64,000 nucleotides of DNA from Piromyces finnis finn (GCA_002104945.1 MCFH01000071.1:171082-235081), one strand, 5' to 3'; positions 23,497 through 38,212 are shown, counted from the first letter of the stretch. Made by a program: numbers and translations. Notes: a model not told the origin generated them from the letters alone.

Positions 23497-24048
23497 ATGA
23501 AAGTAATATGTTTTATGATGAGTTTTTTGGGATTTATCATGATTCCATGGGTAGGTTATGCCAGTCATCTTGAATACTTTTTCCCGGAAGATAAAGAATT
23601 TTTCTGTTTGGATACCTATAGAAAAAATTTTTTTGATAGACATCACAGTGTCAATGTCACTCTCGAAAATTGTTTTTTACTCTATCCGACAAACAAAATT
23701 CAATGTCATCTTAAATCGAATGAAGCTAACGATCATGGTAGTTACAAAACATTAAAAATTGTATCTGAGGAGGATCCCTACAAATGTATTCAACTTTCTA
23801 ATGATACCATGACCTCAGGAGGTAATGTTACCCTTTCTGATGTTAAATTATGGGGGATTATAATGGATACAGTGGATAATCGTTGGTTTTATCAAAGAAG
23901 AATTCAACAAGTTTACGATTTTAGTCGAAATTCCTTAGGCGGAAATTATAATAAAAAAAGATTTGAATTTACTTTTATGGTCGGGGAAAAACAACTTTGT
24001 CAATATTCTATTGAATATGATAAAAAAAGTATTGAATTTTACAATTAA
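23497..24048 (+). CDS. Intronless small secreted orphan protein (183 aa)
   Basis: High-complexity ORF with a hydrophobic N-terminus (MKVICFMMSFLGFIMIPWVGYA) and five Cys in the mature part; no family recognised. Confidence 0.7.
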   Translation: MKVICFMMSFLGFIMIPWVGYASHLEYFFPEDKEFFCLDTYRKNFFDRHHSVNVTLENCFLLYPTNKIQCHLKSNEANDHGSYKTLKIVSEEDPYKCIQLSNDTMTSGGNVTLSDVKLWGIIMDTVDNRWFYQRRIQQVYDFSRNSLGGNYNKKRFEFTFMVGEKQLCQYSIEYDKKSIEFYN

Positions 24049-26902
24049 ATCTTTTTAAGATTATTAAAGATTATTAAATTCCCTATTAATAACATTTCCA
24101 AAAAAAAAAAAAAAGTATATATATATATATATATTTTCATCACTACTACAATAGTTGCCTCCTGTAACTATTTTTATAAAAGTGATTAATATTGAATTAA
24201 TATTAACCTTTTATTTCTTTAATACAAAAATACCAATTGATATATATTAAAAGTGTATAGTGATTTTTATTTTCTCTTTTTCTTTTATCTATCTTGAGAA
24301 ATTAGAAATTTAGTTTTTTAATTATTTAATACTATTTATTATACTTTATAGACTCTTTTCTTGAAAAAAAAAAAAAAAACAACAATTGGATCATTAAAAT
24401 AATATATATAAAAAAGATCATGATAGAATATTATTGTTTTTATACCTTTATAAATAAATAAAATATCATAAAAAAGAATTTTATCATTTTTTCCCCCCTT
24501 TCTAATACTAAATTAAACTATCTATTATCTTTTTTTTTAACCCTTTTGTTTAAATAACCGTTTTTAACGAATTTTTTTCTATTTTATTTAAATAATATGT
24601 AAAAAAAAAAAAAAAAAAAAGAAATGAAAGTTTATACAGTTGGGTGGAGGAATATTCGTATATTAATTATAACAACGATAACATCAACATTTCTTTTCCT
24701 TTTTTTATTTTCCTATTTTTTTTTTTTTACTAATATAAAAAATTATAAAGTTTTGAGTTAATAATATTTATATATTTGTATCCATTAACCACACCACCAC
24801 TAACACCATGATTGAATGTATGTATATTCAAATTTTTATAATATAAAAATATGTCTTGATTAAAATAGGTACATTTCATCTAACTTCTAAACCACTACAT
24901 ATAACTATACAACTACACACATCACGTCACTAAAATAGTAAAAAAAAAAAAAAAGGATTTACATCTATAATTAAAAATATAATTTTTTTTTAATAAAAGC
25001 TTATTTTTTTTTATTTTTTAATTAAAAGTAAACAATAAAAGGTGTATGTATATATATATATATATAGAAATTAAAAAAAGCTTATCACTTTTTTTTTTTT
25101 TTTAATATGAAAATAGAGTAAATAAATAATAAAATAATAAATAATAAAAAAAAAAAAACAGTTTTTCACTTAATGTTTCATTATTAATAGGAAAAAGAGT
25201 ATTCACACATATTATTCATTGAATTATAAACTTTTTTTTTTTAATTCTAATATTTCATAATGTATGAATATATTCATATATTTAATTATATTATCTTTTA
25301 ATGATTTATTGTTTTTTTTTTTCTTAATACCACTTTTTTTTTTTTATAAAGTTTATAAAGTTTTTTTTATGTGATTTTTTTTAATAAAAAAAAAAAAAAA
25401 AAACTTTATTTTTTAATATACCCATATTGAAAACTTTATAAAGCTTTTTTCTTTTTATATTAAATCATTCTAGAGGAGGTAGAGAAAAAAGCAAAAACAT
25501 TATCTCAATAAAATTCTTTCAACACCATAAGAATGAATGCCATTAGATGAAGTTTTTTTTTAAATCCTGATTTATTTCTTATTTACTATATCAAGAATAT
25601 TTAATGAGAAAAATGTTTTTTTAGAGAATGAATATTAAAGTTTAAATAATAAGTCATTTAAAATTGTTAATATTTATTGTAATTTTTTTTTTTTTAAAGA
25701 AATAGCATGAATCATTAAAAAATAATAAAAAGAGAAAAAGTGATGAGTTGATGTATACATTAAATTAAAAACTTTAAACATTATAGGTAACCTTTTTTTT
25801 TTTTTTTTTTTTTAAAAAAAGGTCATTTTTAATAAAATTATGATATACCATACTACAAAAAAAAAAAAAAAAAAATACTCTTAAATCATGATGAACTTTA
25901 TAAAGTTAATAAAAAAAAAAAAGTATTATAAATAAATAGTTTAGTTGTTTAAACATACACACACATATATATATTTCTTTTTTTTTTTTTTTAATAAAAA
26001 AAAATATAGTTTTAGGAATACTCATTTATACTCATTCATATGTTGCATATATTATGATGCCATTTGTCTGTCTTGTATACATCTTTTAGAGAACAAACCA
26101 AATTCTTTTTTTAATTAATTTTCATTAATAATATTATTTGAATTTGTATTTTTTCATTTTTATATTTGTATTTTTGTCTATATAATTATTATATAATTAT
26201 TATTGAGATGATACTTTTTTTTTTTTTTTTAATTAATCTTAAAAATAGAGTTATAATTAAAAACAAAAAAGTATTAATTAATAAATGATTTAATTAAAAA
26301 GTAAAAAAAAAAGACTTTTTTTATATTTTTATTATTTTTATTTATTATTAGATTATTATCTTTTTATTAATGACCTTAATGATCTTTTTTTTTTCTTTAT
26401 GATGCATTACATCTTTTTTTTTTTTTTTCTTGTTAGTTTCATACCTTTTTTTTTCTTGTTTGCTGTAACAAAATAAAATGTTAAATTCACATATATTTAT
26501 GATATGTCATATGTTATATCCATTTTCATTGGATGGTTTTTAATCTATTTTATTAATTTCCTAAAAAAAAAAGTAAAAAGACGCTATACAACAAACCTTT
26601 ATTTTTATAAAAATATGAGTTAGAGGGTATGTATGTGTGTGTATTTTTCCCTTCTCATATATGGAATAAATACATATATAAAAAGTCATAAATGCATTGC
26701 ATGATTAGAATTTAATTCAACTATTAAAAGGTTCTTTTTTTTTTTATACTCATCCAAAGCAAAGCTAAAAAACCTTTTTTTTTTCGTTTTCTTTTCTAGA
26801 ACATTGAAAATATGATTCATTCAATCATTCTTTCCTTTGTTCTTATTGCTTTTCCTTATTTGCTTTTTTCTTTCCTTTTCACCTTTCTAGGATTGTAATA
26901 TC

Positions 26903-27066
26903 AATGAATGAAATATTAATAATTTAAATAAATAATTAATTATATTAATGAATGAAATACTAATAATTTAAATAAATAATTAATTATATTAATGAATGAA
27001 ATGCTAATAATTTAAATAAATAATTAATTATATTAATGAATGAAATACTAATAATTTAAATAAATA
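26903..27066 (+). repeat. Intergenic minisatellite, 44-bp unit x3.7
   Basis: Units begin at 26903, 26947, 26991 and 27035 (aatgaatgaaatactaataatttaaataaataattaattatatt). Confidence 0.9.
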
Positions 27067-27957
27067 GTATGATCAAGAATTTTTACCATTCTATTTTTTA
27101 TGTTTGGGTTAAATTTTTACCAAAAAAAGAATTTTTATAGTAAATAAACTTAATATATGAAAAATAAATTATAGAATATTATTTAATATATTATATAATA
27201 TAAATTTTTAATATATTAGTAATTTTTTTAATTTATAATTTTAAATGAAAAAAGATGAAACTAAACAAATTATATTAATTTTTAATTTATTATTAATTTA
27301 TAATATTAAATAAAGTTAAAAATCAATATAAATATAGTTTCTATATAATTATTTTTAAATAGAATAATATATTAATATAAATTCTAAATATATTCAAACT
27401 ATATTACATTACATTTTGTAGACTACTTACATGGAATAACCAATAGTATCAATTTAAAAATACATCATACGCTATAATGTATATTAATGTAGTTGAGTTG
27501 ACATTAAAAGTATGGAGAAAAAATTTATTGTAACGGCCCTTTATTAATATAACACAATATATTAAATTTATATTTATTAATAAATATCTAAATATAATTT
27601 TAATTTATTTACAATAGTATTGTATCATATATTCTATTCATTTGATAACAAAATAAAAAAAACGTTTTTTTATATTAAAATGGAAGATGAGTAACAAACA
27701 TGTCAATAAATTAAATGAATGTGTTATTATAAATTAAATAAAATATTAATTAAATATAAATGGACAGATTGACTATTAAATAAATAAATAAATAAAAAAT
27801 TTATAATTAAAAAATTTTATAATTAATAAAAAAAATTTCATCATTATTAATAATTCTGATAAAAAAAAAAAAGGTAACTTTTAAAAAAAAAATTTTTTTT
27901 TATTATAAAATCTCAATCTAAAATCTAAAAAAAAAAATAAATTAACAAATTAATAAC

Positions 27958-27988
<31 letters not shown>

Positions 27989-29440
27989 AAAGCAAACAAA
28001 CAAACAAAAGGAAACTGTTTATTATGTTATTATAAAGCACAAAAACAACAACAACAACAACGAAAAAAAAAGAAAATTAAAAAAAATTAAAAACTAAAAA
28101 GAAATTATTAAAACATTCTTCTTTGATGATTTAGTTTAAATAAAGAAAAAAGTTTTTTTTTTTTTTTACAATATATTTTATAGTCATATACATGTTCTAA
28201 TTTATTTATCCCTATTTATTTATTAAAAGGAAACAACAACTAAAAAAAAAAGTAAAATATCACCTTTTTATTTTTTAATAATAATATAATAGGAAAAAAA
28301 AAAAAAAACTATGGAAAAAAGAGTAAATAGGATTGATTATAGTTTTTTAGATTAAAAAAAATTTTATAAAAATAGTTTTGAAAAAACTGTCACTTTACAA
28401 TAGTTTTTTTTTATTAAAAAGTATCTGACGTGTTTATCATTTTTTTGTACTCAAAAAAAAAAGTTTTTATTTGAAATGGGACTTTTTTGGTAGTATACAA
28501 AATTAATTTCCCGTATTAAAAAATTTATATCTAAACACAAAATTATTTAGCCATAGCAAGGATTACTAAAAAAATATTATTAAAAATAAAACTAAACTAA
28601 AATGAAATGATATCTTTTTTTTTAAAAAACAAACAAACAAACAAATATATATCAAAAGAAAAAGAAAATTTTTTTATTTAAAAAAATATATAAATTCTAA
28701 TACTATTTTATTTCTATATATAATATAATGAAAATAATAGAAATTAATTTAAAGAAGCTACTTTAAATTAAAGTAAGTTTTTTTATAATTTATTTTAATC
28801 CATAATAAATTATGAAACAACAAACTATAATAACGTATTAACCATTTTATTCTATTATATATTGTAAAAAAAAAAAGAAATGACTCGTTTCAAATTTATA
28901 TAGTAGAACATATGTACAAATAATCAATTAAATTTGAAAAAATCGCATTAAATTCAATCAAAAAAAAAAAACTATTTTTTCAATAATACAATGAATAATG
29001 TTTTTAATACTATTATTTTTTTAGTTTTATAATCAAAATAAGAATAAAAGAAAAAAATAACGTAACCAAAAAAAAAACAATCAAATTAAATTAATCAAAT
29101 AATCAATTCAAAAAAATAAAGTAAAAAAAAAATTACTTTTTTTTTCAAAAAAAGTAACATTTAACACATCACTTAATTTATTTTTTTAAATTTAAAAAAA
29201 AAAAACAATTTAATTTATTTTTTTTTTCTTAAAAATTTTAATTATTTAATAAAACATTCATTTAATAATAGTAATATTCTATGAGTAATAATTACATCGG
29301 TAATTTGGACACAAAACAAACTACACAAAAAAATTTGATAAATAGTTTAAGCTAATAATAATTTATATTCGCATTAATTTATTACCTATAAATTTATAAC
29401 CTAAAAAATTTTTTATTAAATTTTTAAAGTATAAAATAAA

Positions 29441-32400
29441 ATGGCCGTGGTACGTCAATTATCTCATCAAAGCCATTTTATTTTATATTTTATTCTACAA
29501 TTGTGTCTTATATCAAGCCAATGGCTGGTTCAATCACAACAAGTAAAAATCACTTTTCCATTACAAAATGATAAAAAGAAATCATCATCATCAGTATATC
29601 CAAGAAGAGTTATTCTTAATAAGAGAAAGGTTCCAACAAGAAATGTAAAATTGGATAGAAATAGCTATTTAGCATTACTTTACGTTGGAGGATTTTCTCT
29701 TTGTATTATTTGTTTAATTCTTTTCCCAAACTTATACAGAAAACCATATCATTATGTCAAGGTAAAAAAAAAATACATATATATATATAATAATTTATTT
29801 AAAATAACAAACTTTTTTTTTTTTTGCAAAATACTAATTTTTTATTTCTTTCTATTTCTATCAATTGTTTGACAAACTAAATTTATTCTTTTTCATGAAA
29901 TGCCAATACCATACATTAAAATACTAACTCTATCCATTGTTTTTTATATATGAAATATAATATATATAATATATCAATACTAATACATTATTATGCATCA
30001 ATTCTTTTTATGGAATACTAATAATATATTAAATAATATACTAATAATATATTATTAATATATTATATATTATTATAATGCTATGATATATTTATAATAT
30101 TTATAATAATGATTTTAACATTCATCTTGTTTTATTTATATTATTGATCTTGACTTTTGTGCAATTTATATCAATAATTTTAACATTCATCTTGCATTGT
30201 TTATATTATTGATCTTGACTTTTGTGCAATTTATATCAATAATTTTAACATTCATCTTGTATTGTTTATATTATTGATCTTGACTTACACCATCATGTTT
30301 TTTTTTTAAAGAATTTATTGAAAAATTCAAAAATTCATGCTCTTTCTTTAAGCATTAAAAATTTAGTGGAAAAAGTGTTTAGTCATATTAAACATTCTGT
30401 TGAAATTGTATTAAATATCATCAATATTAAACTTATCCCAAAAATGGTTTTACGCCTTTTCCAATATTCTAAAAGTTTAATCATTTTTTACAGTAATAAA
30501 AATGTTATATATCAATGGTTAATGAAAGAAGACAGTATGTCTTCGGATAGCGATTGGGATTTGGAAAGTGGCCAACTTACAGCATCATCCCCTTTAATGG
30601 CCTATTCTTCTTCGAATCAACGTAATAATTCAAAAAATAATATGGTTCCAAAAAATAAAAAAGGTAATGATCATCATCATAAAAGAGGTTCTTCCAATAA
30701 ATTACATCATGGTTCACGGAATAAACCAGAAGCTCTTTTACCTGTAACTAATAGCCAAGTTGATGTTCAATATAGAATTGTGTCTGATCCTTTAACATCT
30801 CCAGTATCACCAGATAAAGTATCTAATAACTCACAACAGAATGTGATTGTAAATACAATGACCATGACTACTACCAGATCTACACCTTCTACTCCAGATA
30901 GTATTACAATGAAAATTGATGATGGTATCCCAGGAGGCCACTCAATGAGAACAAATAGTAGAGAAGCTGTTGTAGAAATTCTGGAAAAGTCTATTCCAAA
31001 TGATGATGGAAAGATGCCAATGAAATCTAATATGGCAAAATCTTCACCAAACACTTTTGATTTTACCCAACAAGAATTAACTTTAGCTCTTTCAAAAAAA
31101 GAACATCCTATAGAGTATCAAAGTGTTCAAAGTGTTCAAAATTACAATCCATATTTAACCAAACCATCAGCATCTTTTCCACCAAAAGAAGAAACCTCCC
31201 AGACAAATGAAGGCGCATCAAAAATGATACTAAAGAATGAATCTCTTTTGAAATTATCATCTTCCATGGCTGCTGGACAGACCATGACTTCATTAAAGGT
31301 TGCCCCACAAAAATCATTGGAAGATGATAAAAAAATAAAGGGAATATTAGTGAAAAAATTAATCACAGAAGATTTAGAAAACGATGGGGGTGCATTTGAA
31401 GTTGTAAATAAAAAGAGAGGAAAAAGAACGCATAAACATTCTTTATCCTTTTCTGTACCATTAACTTCAACTATTGAAGTTCCTTTGAAAAATTCATCCC
31501 ATAAACGTTCTTCTTCTTCTTCCTACTCCTCTTCCTCTACTAAACCTACTATAGATTCTGTTTCTGTGAATAATGCTATTTTCATTGGAAATAATTTCAA
31601 AACTGCTGCCGTCAAAAGTCAGACATCCTATTCTAATGCTGTTCAGTATTCTCAAAAGCAATTAAGAAAACGTTCTGTATCTACTCCTGTCGCATTAGAG
31701 AATAAGGTGTCATCTTCAAAAGTCACTCCCTCACCAACAAAGGATAGCTCTTCTATGACAACTAAAAATGAAAATTCAGCTGCTTCTACGGTTGTAGGTC
31801 ATATTCGCCGTTATTCCACTTCCATCATAGACAACAAATTAAGCTATGCTGATGTTCTTAACTCAAATATTCAATTTAATAAGGAACAAGAAAACGATGA
31901 TACCTTGAAAAATATGGAATCCTTAAAAAAGAATAATAAAAAGGTATCAAAGAATGCAGCGATCACTCGAAATGGTAATAATCCATCAGGAAATTCAGAA
32001 AATAACAAGAATCCATCAAACGACCATAACAATGGCTCTGCAGATCAAAACAATAGTCATGATCAACATTCCAATCAAGCCAATAATGGTCATAATACAA
32101 ATGGAAACAATAATAGTAGTGGTGGTAGTGGCGGTAATAACAATGGTAATAACAATAACAACAATGGTAATAACAATCCAACCACCACCGGAAAAGGAAA
32201 AAATAAAAAACAGAAAAAGGCCAAGAATGCCAATGGTAATGCGGATGAAAATGAAAATGAGGAAGGACCTACTGTTTCCAACCCTACCAAGAAAAAGGCT
32301 GCAAAAGTTAAAAAGGAAGCTAAAGCAAAAAATAAGGTAGCAGCAGTAGATACCACCACTACTCAAGGAAAAGCCAATGGAAATGAATTAAAGTCACCAC

Positions 32401-34484
32401 AAGTCAGTAAGAAAAAGGCAGCAAAAGCTGCAGCTAATGCTAAAAAGAAGGAAGTCAATAAAAATAATGAAGAAAGTGGATTACTGGTCACTGGTGAAAT
32501 TACCTATGGTAAAGCAGGTTTACAAGATGAACCTATTCCTACAGATGAAGAAGCTTATAATGCTCTCTTTTCTGAAAATGCTACCTATTGGACACCAGCT
32601 GAAAGAACAGAACGTATTAAGAATTCACCATTCTATGATCATAATCATCATATTGCCAAGTATGGTAAAATAAAGTATAAACCTATGGTGGAATACGATA
32701 CTGATATGAATGAAATTAATGATGAATTAGAAATGTATGAAGCCGCCGCCAATGAAAAAGGTAAGAAGGAAGAGAAGAAGGAAAAGAAGAAAAAGAAGAA
32801 GGCTAATGCCAATGCCAATGCCGCTTCTACTTCTGATGATAAAGATAACACCACTGGTGGTAATGAGCCAAAAAAATCAAAGAAAAAGAAGGCCGTTAAT
32901 AAAGATGAAGAAGAAAATGAAGATTCCGCTGAAGAAAAGATTGCCAAATCAAAGAAAAAAGGAAAAACTTTGAACGTCACATTAACAGATGAAGATGCAA
33001 CTCCTCAGGAGGCAGGAAAGTCAGAAGAGAATAAAAAAGGTAAAAAGAAGGTGAAAGCAGCTGTTAAAGCAAAGGTAGAGGCAAATGAAAGTGCTAGTGA
33101 GTTAGACATACCACCAGTACCAGCAAAGGCAAAGAAATTGAAAAAGGCCAAAAAGGTAGCCAAGAAGTATGACGTTGTTAGTGAAAGTGAAGAAGATTCT
33201 GACTCTATGTCAAATTCATCTCTTCCAGTGCCTACTCCTATCTTAGCACCAACGGCCACCTCAGAAAGTAGTTTAGTCTATTCATCCAATGTATCTACCA
33301 ATGTCAGCAATACACGTTCCACCTCACCACTTTCACAATCCACCACGATTCAATATGCCAGTAATGGCAATGAAGAATTATTGGTTAATAATAATATTTC
33401 TGGTAGAACGGCTTCACTTATCTTTAGTAAGGTATCTCAACCCTCACCACTTTCCTCTGTATCGTATGTCAACTATTATGATGATACAAATACGACAGCT
33501 CAATCCAATGTCACTGCCATGAAGCCTAATCCAACCCCACTTGCCCAATCTCCGGTTATTCCTATTCAAACTCCTAAAACTCCTCTTTTTGGACCATCCT
33601 CCACCACTCCCAAAATGGAAAATCCAGCCATGTTCTCCTTTTCCAATGGTCCCTCTTTAACCATTTCCAATGCCCCGGTAACCACTCCCAATCCAGTTGA
33701 TGTCCAAAGTCAAGGACAAGAAGAAACCATTATTGATTTGTTCAATAGAACGAATAAGAGTTTCCGTCGTCCACGTTCCATTTCATTGAATTCCCATTTC
33801 CAACCTAGTAACGAAAATCGTTCAAGTCTCTCACCACTTCTTATGAGTACTTTTAAGAATTCCTCTACCTTGAAATTGGATCAACCCTTCCTTTCCAATC
33901 ATCAACAATTTAACAATATTAAATTAAATGATAACCCCGCCGCCGCCGCAGCAGCCTCGAATAATTTACCATTTGAATCCTTTGAATCGGAAACTGGACT
34001 TTTCAATTCTAATTCTCATAGTTTAAGTACAAGTTATCTTCCACCAATGCATAATAAGAGTTCAGATTATATTAATAAAGAAACTATTCCAGCTCAAGCC
34101 TCCACCTTCTCCACCGCCACCAACAATCAAAGTGGTTTAAATTTCTTTGATTTTGGTAATGATGGTAGCAGTAGTAGTATGGCCAACCCAATTATTAAAA
34201 AGCCAACTGAAAATGTTATTCAGAGATATAGAAGAGCTAGAACACTTTCTTCACCAGCTGTTCCACCTTCAGTGGATAAAAAGAATCATTTCTATTCACC
34301 ATTTATGACTGGTTTGGATATTAAATATGACTTTTATATTCCAAAATCCAATTCTATTTCACCATTATCATCATCTTTTACCGCCACAGATTCCCATTCC
34401 TATGAAATGAATAGAGAAGAGACGACTCGTCGTCGTAGTCAAAGTATCAATGAAAGAAATAGACCCAATATTAATGATTTTTAA
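29441..34484 (+). CDS. Large single-pass membrane protein with a ~1400-aa low-complexity tail; exons 29441-29761, 30312-34484 (1497 aa)
   Basis: Donor AAG|gtaaaa at 29762 and acceptor ttttaaag|AAT at 30311 join the 143-aa and 1388-aa ORFs in frame. Signal-like N-terminus, TM YLALLYVGGFSLCIICLILF, then Ser-, Asn- and Lys/Glu-rich regions; no known domain recognised. Confidence 0.75.
30113..30286 (+). repeat. Intronic minisatellite, 65-bp unit x2.7
   Basis: Units start at 30113, 30178 and 30243 (ttttaacattcatcttg...gcaatttatatcaataa). Confidence 0.9.
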
Positions 34485-34943
34485 AAAATAAAGGATAAAA
34501 AAAAAAAAAAAAAAAAGGTAAATTGAGAATTGAAAAAAAAAATTTTTTTTTCATATCAATTTTTCTTTTTTTTTTTTTTTTTCATTTATTTAATTTTTAA
34601 TTTTTTTTTTTTTTATTTTACATTCCATGGTAATTTTTTTTTTATTTTAAAAAAACAGTTTAATTTTTTTTTTTTTTTTTATATTTTATAATCCTTTTAT
34701 AAATATTCTTTTTTTTTTTTTTAATTATTTTTTTCTTCATTATTTTTATATTGTTGCTATTTCTTAATAAAGGGTACTTTTGTTTTTTTTTTTTAAGTAA
34801 TGTATATAAAATAATGAAAACATAAAAGTAGGTTGAAAAAAAAAAAAAAAATTTTTTTTTTCCCAATCTATATACAATATACAATACTACACGACTACAA
34901 TATATACATAGCCGCTATTAGCCTACATCATGTATATATCAAA

Positions 34944-34991
<48 letters not shown>

Positions 34992-35318
34992 TTTTTTAAC
35001 ATTAAAACAATATTATTTTTATTGTTTTTATTGTTTTTTTTGTTTTTTTTTAAATTATATTTATTCATTTTATTTTTTTTTTTATTTTTTTATATAAAAT
35101 TTATATATATATATAAAAAAAAAAGAAAAAAAGAAACAGAAAGAAAATAAAAAAATAAAAACTAATCATTCAAAAAAAAAAAAAAAAAAAAAAAACAATT
35201 AAAATTGAATTAGCAAAAAAAAAGAAAAAAAAGAAAAACGAAAAATTCATTTAAATAACAATAGAAAGTTGAAAAAAAAAAAAAAAAAGTATAACCACAA
35301 ATCACTGTAACAACAACC

Positions 35319-35350
<32 letters not shown>

Positions 35351-36031
35351 GAGAAAATGAAAAACCAAAAACCAAAAACCAAAAACCGAAAAAAAAAAAA
35401 AAATTATTTATTTAATTATTATTATTTAATTTTTTATTAATTTTTTTTTTTATTAATACTTTAAATAAATAAATAAAATATATATAAAAAAAAAAAAAAA
35501 AATTCCCCCTTCATTTTATAATATCCCATTTAATTTGTTCCCCTTTTTTTTTTCTTCTTCTTCTTCTTCTTACCTATTTACATGAAATAAATATTTATTA
35601 GTATTTTATTATATTTTAAGGATAGGACAGTTAAGAAAAAACCCATTTATTTTATTGGTTGTTGGTTAGTTGTTGGTTGAATAAATTCTTTTTCTCCTTT
35701 GTAGTTATCAATTGTTTATTCTTATTCTAATTTTAATTATTTCCTTCCTCCTCTTTTTAGGAAATTTTCCTTTTTTTTTTTTTTTTAACATCTTTCTTCC
35801 TAGAAGAATTGAATCAAAGTGAAAGAAAAAAATTTTTTTTTAAATTTCAATAATTCAACCATAGCATAAAAAAAGTAAAAAAAATGAAAAGTTCTTTTAA
35901 TAGCCGTTTTTTTTTTTTTTTTTTTACAGTATAATTTGGAAATTCATACACATAGTAGTATTATTAAAAAAAAAAAAAAATATTTTATTTTATTGTTTTT
36001 TATTTATTATAAATTAAAATTTATTAAATAT

Positions 36032-36062
<31 letters not shown>

Positions 36063-36175
36063 ACCAATAGTAATTAATAAAATGATTTTATAATTAATCT
36101 CTTTTTTTTTTTTCTGGAGGAGATTTTCTTTTTTTTTTTTTCCTTCTTCCTGGTAGGATGGATGTGTCCATTTTT

Positions 36176-38030
36176 TTAAACATTAAAAGTAGTCTTGGTA
36201 CCATCACGTTTAAGTAAAGTAACCTTTGGTCCTTTACCAGAACTACTACTATTATTGGAATTATTATTGCTGTTGTTATTACTACCACCTTTCATGGAAG
36301 TCATAGAAGGTTTTCTACTGTAACCTTTATTTTTATTATTACTATTATTACTACCATTCTTTCGGCCAAAATAGTTGCGATTCGTATTGTTTGTATTACC
36401 ATTATCTCCATGACCATCACGGTTATCACGAGATTTTTGATTATTCTTATTATTACGGCTACCACCGTTATTATAACCACCACCATAACCATAGTTATTG
36501 CCAAAACCATATTTATTATTATTACCACTGAAACTACCATTATTTCTACGTTTATCCATTTTACCCTTACTGTTGTTGTTGTTGTTGTTACCACCATTAT
36601 TATTTGTAGTAGTAATAGTGGAAGTATTGTTATTACTGCTACTACCATTATTGTTGGTAGTATTCGTAGAACGTGTATCACTCATAACACTGAGATTTGA
36701 TTCACTATTGGTCTTGGATAAGTTTTCCATGGAATTATTGTTACTACTATGATTACTATTGATCGGGGTAGAGGTATCATTTTTAATTTTTGGACTATTA
36801 GGAATAGAGGATGGATTACTACTGTTATTACTACGATTACCACCATTATTTGTAGAGTTGCTGTTGTTGTTGTTGTTATTGTTGTTACTACTGTTGTTGG
36901 TATTAAGATCAGTTCTAGTCTTCATGACAATACTAATCTTTTTCTTTAAACCAGTACTACTAATACTTCGTCTCAATATCATGGTGGAAGAAGAATTATT
37001 CTTATTATTATTACTACTATTATTTTTATTGTTGTTATTGTTACTGCTGTTATTATCAGAATTATTTTTGGATTTTGATTTGGTGTCTTTAGTGTCTTTT
37101 GATGAAGCTTCCTTCTTTTCTTTTTGAAGTTTTTCTTGAAGTTGCTTTCTTTTCTCTTCTAATTCTTTTTCTTTCCTTTCTCTTTCTTGTAATTTAGCAA
37201 TATTAGCTAATTTGTTTTGTTCTAAACTAGCCTTTAAAGCATTCTTTTGTTGTCGAAGAGCATCTAAAAGTGGAGTTGACTTTGGTTTTTGAGGAGTAAT
37301 TGGATCAATGTAGGATATACCTGTTACCATGGAAGGCTGTATAATAATTTCAGTTTTTTGATTTTCAGTTTCTTCTGCTGCTTTTTCTTCACCTGAATTT
37401 TCTGGTTCTTTTGGTTTTAATGATTCTAAAAAGGCAAGATAATGGTGATCTTTTTTTTTTTTTTAACATTCATCATTATTATACCATTATACCAAATAAA
37501 ATAAACATTTTATGTAAAAATTAAAAAAAAAAAAAAATAGAATTATATGTATTAAATAATAAATTATTTTCATTAGTATCCCTTGCTTTACATAGTATAA
37601 AAAGTCAAACTATCCATAATTTATTAATGAATATAAAATATAAAATAAAAAAATTACCTTTTTCAATGGTATTTTGTTTTAAATCAACATTTTTTCTCTT
37701 TTTTGGAATCATTTGGTATAATGAAAATTCAACTAATGCTTGATATTCATTTCCTTTTTTTTTTTTTTTTTTGAATTAATGAATGAATGAATAAAAGAAT
37801 GAATGTAATGATAAATATTAAAAAAATAAATACATATATGGTATGTATATGGTATAGGGTATAGTTATATATGATGTGTTCATGAATATAAATAAGATTG
37901 AAATAGTAAAACAAAGTAATAAGTATAAACATAAATAATATAGGTTTTAATAATTTTTTTATAATTAGTTAAAATTATTGATAGAAATTAATTTTGAAAT
38001 TATTTATTTATTTTTATTTATACATATTAT

Positions 38031-38075
<45 letters not shown>

Positions 38076-38212
38076 GATTTCCTTACCTTTTGAATCAATA
38101 AACATATGGCCATCATATTCTTTAAAAAATTCAATCAAGGTTTCAATATTTTTAAAATTTAAATAAGCTCTTGAAAAGACATTTTCCTTGGCTTTACTGT
38201 TTTCCGTTTATT

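Noticed and set aside
30767-37127. Many antisense and alternate-frame ORFs of 60-130 aa overlapping the large gene and UPF3, and poly-K/F/I ORFs in intergenic DNA
   Set aside because: They are shadows of low-complexity coding repeats or homopolymer runs, often with non-ATG starts; there is no independent coding signal.
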